The position numbers and the translations under genes were made by a program. 64,000 nt of DNA from the human T2T-CHM13v2.0 reference genome, Homo sapiens: NCBI RefSeq assembly GCF_009914755.1, contig NC_060929.1. One strand, given 5' to 3'. Positions 57,141 to 64,000 of this stretch are shown here, piece by piece. Below the pieces are notes generated by a model. The model was not told where the DNA came from and made no database searches. It saw only the letters and a program-made list of their open reading frames with translations. Within the stretch, counting starts at the first letter, position 1. Each line of letters starts with the position of its first letter.

Positions 57141-60100
57141 CCTCCCAGGACAGAGCAGGGAATCTCTATACCCCAGAGCTGACTCTGGCCTCTGGTCCTC
57201 TCTCCAGAGGAAGAAGGCGAGAGTGAGCTGGGTGTTCAGGAGAGGACGGGCTGGTGACATGGCCGTCTTGGTTTTTCATGGGATCTGCTGCAGTGACCTG
57301 GCATGCATGAGCATGGGCTGGGTTGAGTAGGCCCCGGGGGCAGGGGCTTTTCCTGCATCTTCCAGCCCAGCTCCAGGTGAATCCTCTCACCCTTTGTGGG
57401 GTCGGAGGCCCTGCCTTGGAGCATCTGGCTGCCCGGGACTAAAGACACCTCCCTGCTGGGGTAGGGAGAGGCCAAGGGGCATGGCTGTGGAGTCTGAGGA
57501 TAGGAGAGGAGGCTATCTGAGCTGGGGACCCCGGCAGCCAGCCCCAGCAGCTGCATGTGTATCCGGGTGGCCGGGGGCCGTGTCGTGCTGGGTGTCTGAC
57601 TGCAAGCCGTGTTGGCAGGGCCTGGGCTCCTGGACCTGATGCTCAGCACGCTGTCAGCACTCAGCAAATAATAAATAATAATAATATCTCCAGCATGTTT
57701 GGGAGCTTGAGGAGGGAGGGAACACAGAAAACATGTGTTCTGTCTCATGGTGGGTGCCGGGAAGCTGAAGTCTGCTCTGTGCCTCTCTTTGCCTGGAATT
57801 TGGGGGGAGGCACACCCCCTCCTCCTAGCTGCAGCTTGGGACACAGGGAGGGCAAGCCAGGAGCCGGCGCTTGTGCTGGGAATGCGGGGCTTGGAGAGGG
57901 TTGCCTGGGGAGGTGCCCTTGAGCTGTCCTTTAGAAAGAGCCTGGACTGTCCTCAGATGTCCTCTGGGATTTGGATAGTTGGCCTTGGACTGAGATCCTG
58001 GCTCTGCTCCTTCAGACAAGTCACTTGGCCTCTCTGAGCTCCTCAGTTTTCTCACTTACGAAAATGGGAGGTTACAGCAGCTGTTAGAGTGTGTGCAAAT
58101 GGTTGGCACTGCTGGCGGCGTCGCTTGGGCATCCGTGTCGCTGGTTCTTCATGTGAGGCCTGAGCTTGATCCCGTGGAAAAAGACCATGAGGAGCAGGAC
58201 TGTGTAGGTGGCTGACACTAGCACCAGGTCTGGTAGGCGGGGTCAAGGGCAGCGGGTGTGTGGTTCTGCACATCCTTGGTCTGCTACAAGTTGCTCCAAT
58301 GCAGCTGACACCCATTACTGTTGTTGATTGACTGCGGGACCCAGGAGCTTTCAGAGGGCAGGGGATGGAGGTTGAGTGCTTGATGTCAAAGCCCTCTGGG
58401 GACTTGATGGCTCAGTGGGAGTCTCCTGGGTGACTCTTGCACCTGGGGGCTCAGCACCACATCTTGGGCTGCAGCTCCCAGGCTGGGGACCAGATGGGAA
58501 TGCTGTTGGGCTGACACAGCAAAGGCTTGGGAAGTGCCCCAGCACAGCCCTCATGACCCCATCTCTCCCTAGCCTGCTTCCTCAAGATGTCAGGGAGGGA
58601 CTGGAGTAGTAGTAGCACAGGTGCCACTTTCTATCCAGTGAGGCTGAGTTTTCCCCACCTGCTCAGCCATGAAGAGCCCCAGGCAGCTCCTAGAGGGCAC
58701 CTTACCGTGCCCCTGAATCTGGCTCTGTGGCTGCTCTCTGGGTGAGCGATACCCGGGGAGCAGATGTGCAGAGGTCCTTGAGAGGTGGCCCCTCTTGAGT
58801 GCAGAGGCCGTGGGGCTTGTGCAGCCTCCCTGTGAGAGGACTGTCTCCCACAGCCCCCTTTCCAGGGCCCTGTAGCTCCCCTTCTCTCCACTCCTGGGTC
58901 TCCAAGTGGGCGTTGCCCCTACTTACCGAGAGCCTCCTGCCTCCTGCCCTGAGGGGCCAGCTCCTCCCGGGTGGGCCAGCGAGGCCTAGATGGTCCCCTT
59001 TGCCTGGCTCAGGGAGGTGCCACAGGGGATGGGCCACTTGTCAAATGCTGTTGTTTAATTTTCTTCACGCAGACTCTGCTTGTTCTAACACCCTGCAATG
59101 ACTCGGCTGTTAACCGAGCACCAGGGACTATAATTATCAGGGGTTGAGAGACAAGAATCTCCTGGTGGTGCAGCAGCTGCAGGCAGGAGCTGCAGCTTGA
59201 TCTGCCCCCGGAGAGGAGCTGCTCCAGCCTGACTCGTGTCTGAGGAGCCGCTGGGGTTCACACCCTTCACCCCCACATTTGTCTGCAGCTCCACAGGGAT
59301 TGTGCACTCCTAGGGTCGTGTTCAACCGCTGTTGGTGGGGCAGACATGGGATGTGATTCATATAGAGTGTGGCTGGCATTGTTCCTGAGCATCTGGGAAG
59401 GACAGGCCCCTCTTGTAGTTTTGCAGATGTGCAGAGGCTTCCGCTGTGAAGGGAAGGGCAGCCCTGACTGCATGGGTGCCCAGGAGGGGGGTTGCAGGGT
59501 GCCCACAGCCCGTGAGGGTGCTTTGCTCAGCACAGGTGCAGACTCTTGCATTGAGTCAGGAATCATTTCCCTGGAGTCTAGTAGGACAGACCAGACTCAA
59601 CAGCCAGGATTTTGGCTACGAAGTTGGGGTCAACTGGTCACATGCTGTGAGTGCTTAAGAAACACCAGTGAAGGCCACCTCCAGATGTATGAACAGACAT
59701 TCAGTGTCTTGGTTGGTCTAGGGGACTGGGTGCTCTCCTGGGGCTGGTCCCCATTATAAGAGGCACAGGCAGCCTGGTGCTGTGAGGATTGGGCACCTCG
59801 TCATGTTGGGGTGGGGGGCAGGGCGGGTGTGCTCTCAGAGCTGGGGATGGTCTGGGAGGGGTTGCTTACCTGGGTTCAGGTATGGGAAGGACATGTGTGA
59901 AGAGGTGGGAGCAGCTGGGCTCAGCTTTGGGGAGGAAGGTTTGGGCTCAGCTGCTGACTGTTGGATGACCCAGAATGGAGAGGGTTGGGTTGTTGGGAAC
60001 TGACCCCTCGTCATTGGGGATTTTAGCAGGCAGAGGTAGGGTAGCTGCTGTTGACATGTGGAGAGATGATTCCTACCTGAGGAGGGGCTCGGGCAAGATC

Positions 60101-61324
60101 TCTTACCCTGACTGAAGAGTCTCTAGCTCCGAGGCTAGCCCTGGCTCTGCCACTGACTGGCATCTGCCCTCTGCGTAGGTCTCTCCCCTCTCTGTGTCTC
60201 TGTGTTCCTGCCTGGGGCAGGATCTAAGGGCCTGATTCCTCCTGGATTTTTCTTGTGGATCATATGAGGGGACATGGGGAGCGGGGTGCAGATGGGGGCT
60301 CTGGGAGCCTTCTGTACCTATAGGATGCAGCCATAGGATGCAGGCACACTGAGCCAGGGTGCTGCAGAGGTGTGGAGGTCGGCATTTATGGATGGAGCAC
60401 TTTCTCCTAGGACTTCTGGTTCTCCAGTGAGGCCCTGAGGGCATAGGAATGTGACCATCCCATGCATGTCTGTGCTCGTGGGGCTGGTGTTGGGACCTGG
60501 GAATATGGGAGCCATCTGAGGTTGCAGGGCTGGGGGAGGTGAGGCCCTCACTGGAGTCTCCTGGCTCAGCTCCCTTGAGCACTGGCATTGGCTGAACACA
60601 CAGTAGGCCTTTCCTCGGTCAGCACATTCAGTGGGGTCTGCCAGAAGCACAGCTCCAGCTGCCAATGGAGTGAGTCTATTTTCTGTGAGCCAAAGATGGG
60701 CTTCCCGAAGGTCTGCTGGCCTTCTGGGCTTGCTCCGGGGCAAAGGGTTGGAGTCTGGGGAGGAAGGAGAAATTGGAGCTCACAGGGAGAATCAAAGGGC
60801 TGGTGCAAGGTTTATTGGGGCCTTTACTGCCCTAGTTTTCATTATTTACACCCTGTTGGTTCTAGGAGCTCCCGTTAAACGTGTAATAAATATAAAAATA
60901 TTTTACAGGCCAGTGAAAATTCCACAGCAAAAATAACTCTATAAAGAGGGATTTCACCCTGCTCTGCCCGCTGCCGAATTCTGTGTGGCATTCCTCTGAG
61001 CCTGTTGGCTGGCAGCAGGGCAATGAGGTGGCAGGGTTCCCTCATCATGGCGGGGGGCATGGGCTGGGTGTTTAATTAGCCCCTTTACCAGCCTGTGAAC
61101 GAGCCGCTCCTCGTAGGCTGAGCCTGCCAGCTCTCCCAGGTGGCAGTGTGTGGGAGTGGGCTGCCGTTGGGCCTGGGTCTCAGGTTGGGCTGTGGAGGTC
61201 TGCGAACCAGTAGTACGGAGGAAGGGCAGAGGCTGGAGCTGCTCTCCTGGCACCTCCTGGCCCTTGCTGGGCAGCCTGAGGTGTGGCCAAGGAGGCGGGA
61301 AGGAAGGGTGGCGTTGAAAGACAT

Positions 61325-61455
61325 TGCAGAGTAGTGATTTGGAGCAAGGGCTCCAGGGTCAGACTGCCCGGGTTCCAGTCCCGCCTCTACCACTTAGCTG
61401 TGTAACCTTGGGTAGATGCCTTGCTCTTTCTGTGCCTGATTCCTCCTTTGTGAAA
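61325..61455 (+). mobile_element. MIR 5' fragment
   Basis: cagactgcccgggttccagtcccgcctctaccacttagctgtgtaaccttggg. Confidence 0.7.
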
Positions 61456-62125
61456 TCCCATCTCACTTGATTGTTATGAAGCTGCTCCAACCTAGGATGA
61501 TCCCCCAGCCTTTGGATTCTGGGTCCTTCTCCCATGGGCTTTGGTCCATCCTGTTGGCATCCCCCAGACCCCTAAACTACTACCATTTGGAGCTGGACGA
61601 TTCTAAGAGACTCTCATACATAACTGGTCTCACCCCTGCTTTCTGTGCCTTTCCTGCTTCTGCTCATCCTGACTCTCTAGGGAAGCCAAGTCGGGACTGG
61701 GGAGGACTGGGAATGGAGTGGCAAAGTGTGGAGGCACCATCTTCATCCCTCGTGGGCAAGGTGGGGGAGGGCTGCAGAGTGCCATCCTGCCTATAGCCAC
61801 CCCATGCAGACTGGCAGCTTCAGCACAAGCCCTTCAGTGGAGGAATGGGGTTGCTGGTGCAGGGAGGCTGATGTGAAAGCCAGCATCCACCGGCCTCGGC
61901 ATGTGCCAGGCTCTGTGCTTTCCATACACCAACCCCAGGAGGGGTGCCGGTGTGACTCCCATCTTAGAGATGGGACTGCTGCTGCCAGGGAGGCCTAACA
62001 GGGAAGTGGTGGGAATGGAGGAAGCCAGGGTGGTCTCACCACTGGGCCACCCTGCCCACCTCCAGGTGGGGTGGAGGCTGCTGTGTGCTGGCAGTGCAGC
62101 ATCAGGGCTGCTCCCAGTGCTCTGT

Positions 62126-62227
62126 CCTCCCTGGCATGGCCAGGCCTCCCCGACCCCTCCTCCCTGGCATGGCCAGACCTCCCTGACCCCTCCTTGCCGG
62201 CATGGCCAGGCCTCCCAGACCCCTCCT
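62126..62227. repeat. 33-bp minisatellite x3
   Basis: cctccctggcatggccaggcctccccgacccct and two variants starting at 62159 and 62192. Confidence 0.9.
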
Positions 62228-63221
62228 CTCTGAGTGCTCAGTCTCTCCTTTGCTTTGCTTTCCTGAAGAAAGTGCCTTGGAAAGCCAGCTGTGAAAGGGA
62301 TGTTGTTACAGAAATTTCCTTAAATCTGCTGTGAATCTATAGAGATGGTAAATCATTCCTAAATGTTAGTACTTAATTTTAGTCACAGATTTAGCCTCCT
62401 GTTAATAAAAAGGAACCCCAGAGTGAAAGTCAAAATGTGTGTTTTGATCAGGGTGCTCTACTGCATTACCTTTTCCTCCCTTAGAGGTGGGGGTGACAGA
62501 GGGACCATGTCACGGATGAGGAAACAGAGATGTGGGGGAGGTTATTTGATCACTAACATTGCAGTGGCAGGAATAATGGTTTGCCACAGTCTCCAGTGGA
62601 TGGAGTGCATTCATTTTGGTTCTGGGGCTGCCTTGGCTCTCTGAGTGGCCTGGACCACGGGCAACAGGTTGCCAGCCCAAAGAGTTCCCCTCCCTGCCAG
62701 CATGGCCAGCAGTGTGGATGCTGACGTTTGGGGCAGTGAGAAGTACTAGCTGTGTGGCCCTGGTAAGTCTCTGCCTCTTGGGCTTGGTGTGCCCACCACA
62801 GCCTGGAGGATCTGATGTGGGTGCCCACCAGGCCCCGACCACTGTGACAGACAGCACAGGTGCAGTTCTGGGACCTCAGCAGGCCCGGGAATGCAGAGAG
62901 GGCCTCAAGGCTGCCGGGTTTGGCGGGTACATCAAAGGCGGCATGGGTGAGGGCCTCCAGTAGGGCTTAGGGGCTGAGGGGTCTAAGCCCCCTAAACGTG
63001 GGGGTTCTCTCTTCTTTCTCCAGGGGCCCTGCCATTAGTCCAGAAGCCTCTTGCTCAGATTTGCAGTCCAGGCCTGCTGCTGTTCATCCTTGAGGCTGGC
63101 AGGTGTGCAGGCCCAGCGTGTTTTAGGGGCTGCAGGGCAGGGAAGGGCAGGGCATATGACTGACTCTATGTCTTCCTGTCCTCCTGGCCTGATCTGCTTC
63201 TTCATGGCAGGGCAGGGGTCA

Positions 63222-63704
<483 letters not shown>

Positions 63705-64000
63705 AAAAAACTGTTTCTATTGCTGTGAGCAAACCACGGCAGATCCTTGAAGGCTGGGATCTCTGTCTTTAGACATGCGGGCTGGGATTAGGGGGCATTA
63801 CAGAGCATTGGGATGAAATTGTCCAAATGGAACACCCAGTCCGTAGTAACAACAGCCTTTGCCCAACTCCTCTGCCTAGAGCCAGCACACCTCGGCAGAG
63901 AGCCCCAGGAGAGGTAGCCGGGTCTCTCTGAGGCTTGCTGCTTAACTTCTTTAGGAGCTGACCACAGGTTTTTCCAGTTGTGGTTTAGGAGGGTCATGGT

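Noticed and set aside
58686-58700. CTCF-like motif gctcctagagggcac (also ccctctagggtggcg near 12226)
   Set aside because: Mismatches at core positions; cannot be distinguished from chance without PWM scoring or ChIP data.

Overview
Eukaryotic (human/primate) genomic DNA, recognised as the 5q31 CATSPER3-PITX1 locus. The + strand carries the last five coding exons of the sperm Ca2+ channel subunit CATSPER3 (2929-6636). The - strand carries the complete three-exon, 314-aa K50 paired-like homeobox gene PITX1 (CDS 28896->23794) inside a set of CpG islands. About 35 kb of non-coding upstream sequence follows. It holds probable antisense/divergent lncRNAs, candidate HOX/PBX/TCF enhancer clusters and old LTR/LINE/MIR repeats. 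No prokaryotic features are present, and almost all ORFs in the six-frame track are spurious. I found no convincing wholly new biological system. The most unexplained signals are two cryptic degenerate tandem arrays and a perfect 19-bp hairpin in the PITX1 introns, an Arg-rich uORF, and a long open alternative frame through PITX1 exon 3 that runs into an A24 tract. Gene names, repeat families and literature links come from recall and were not database-checked. Repeat and CpG island boundaries are approximate.
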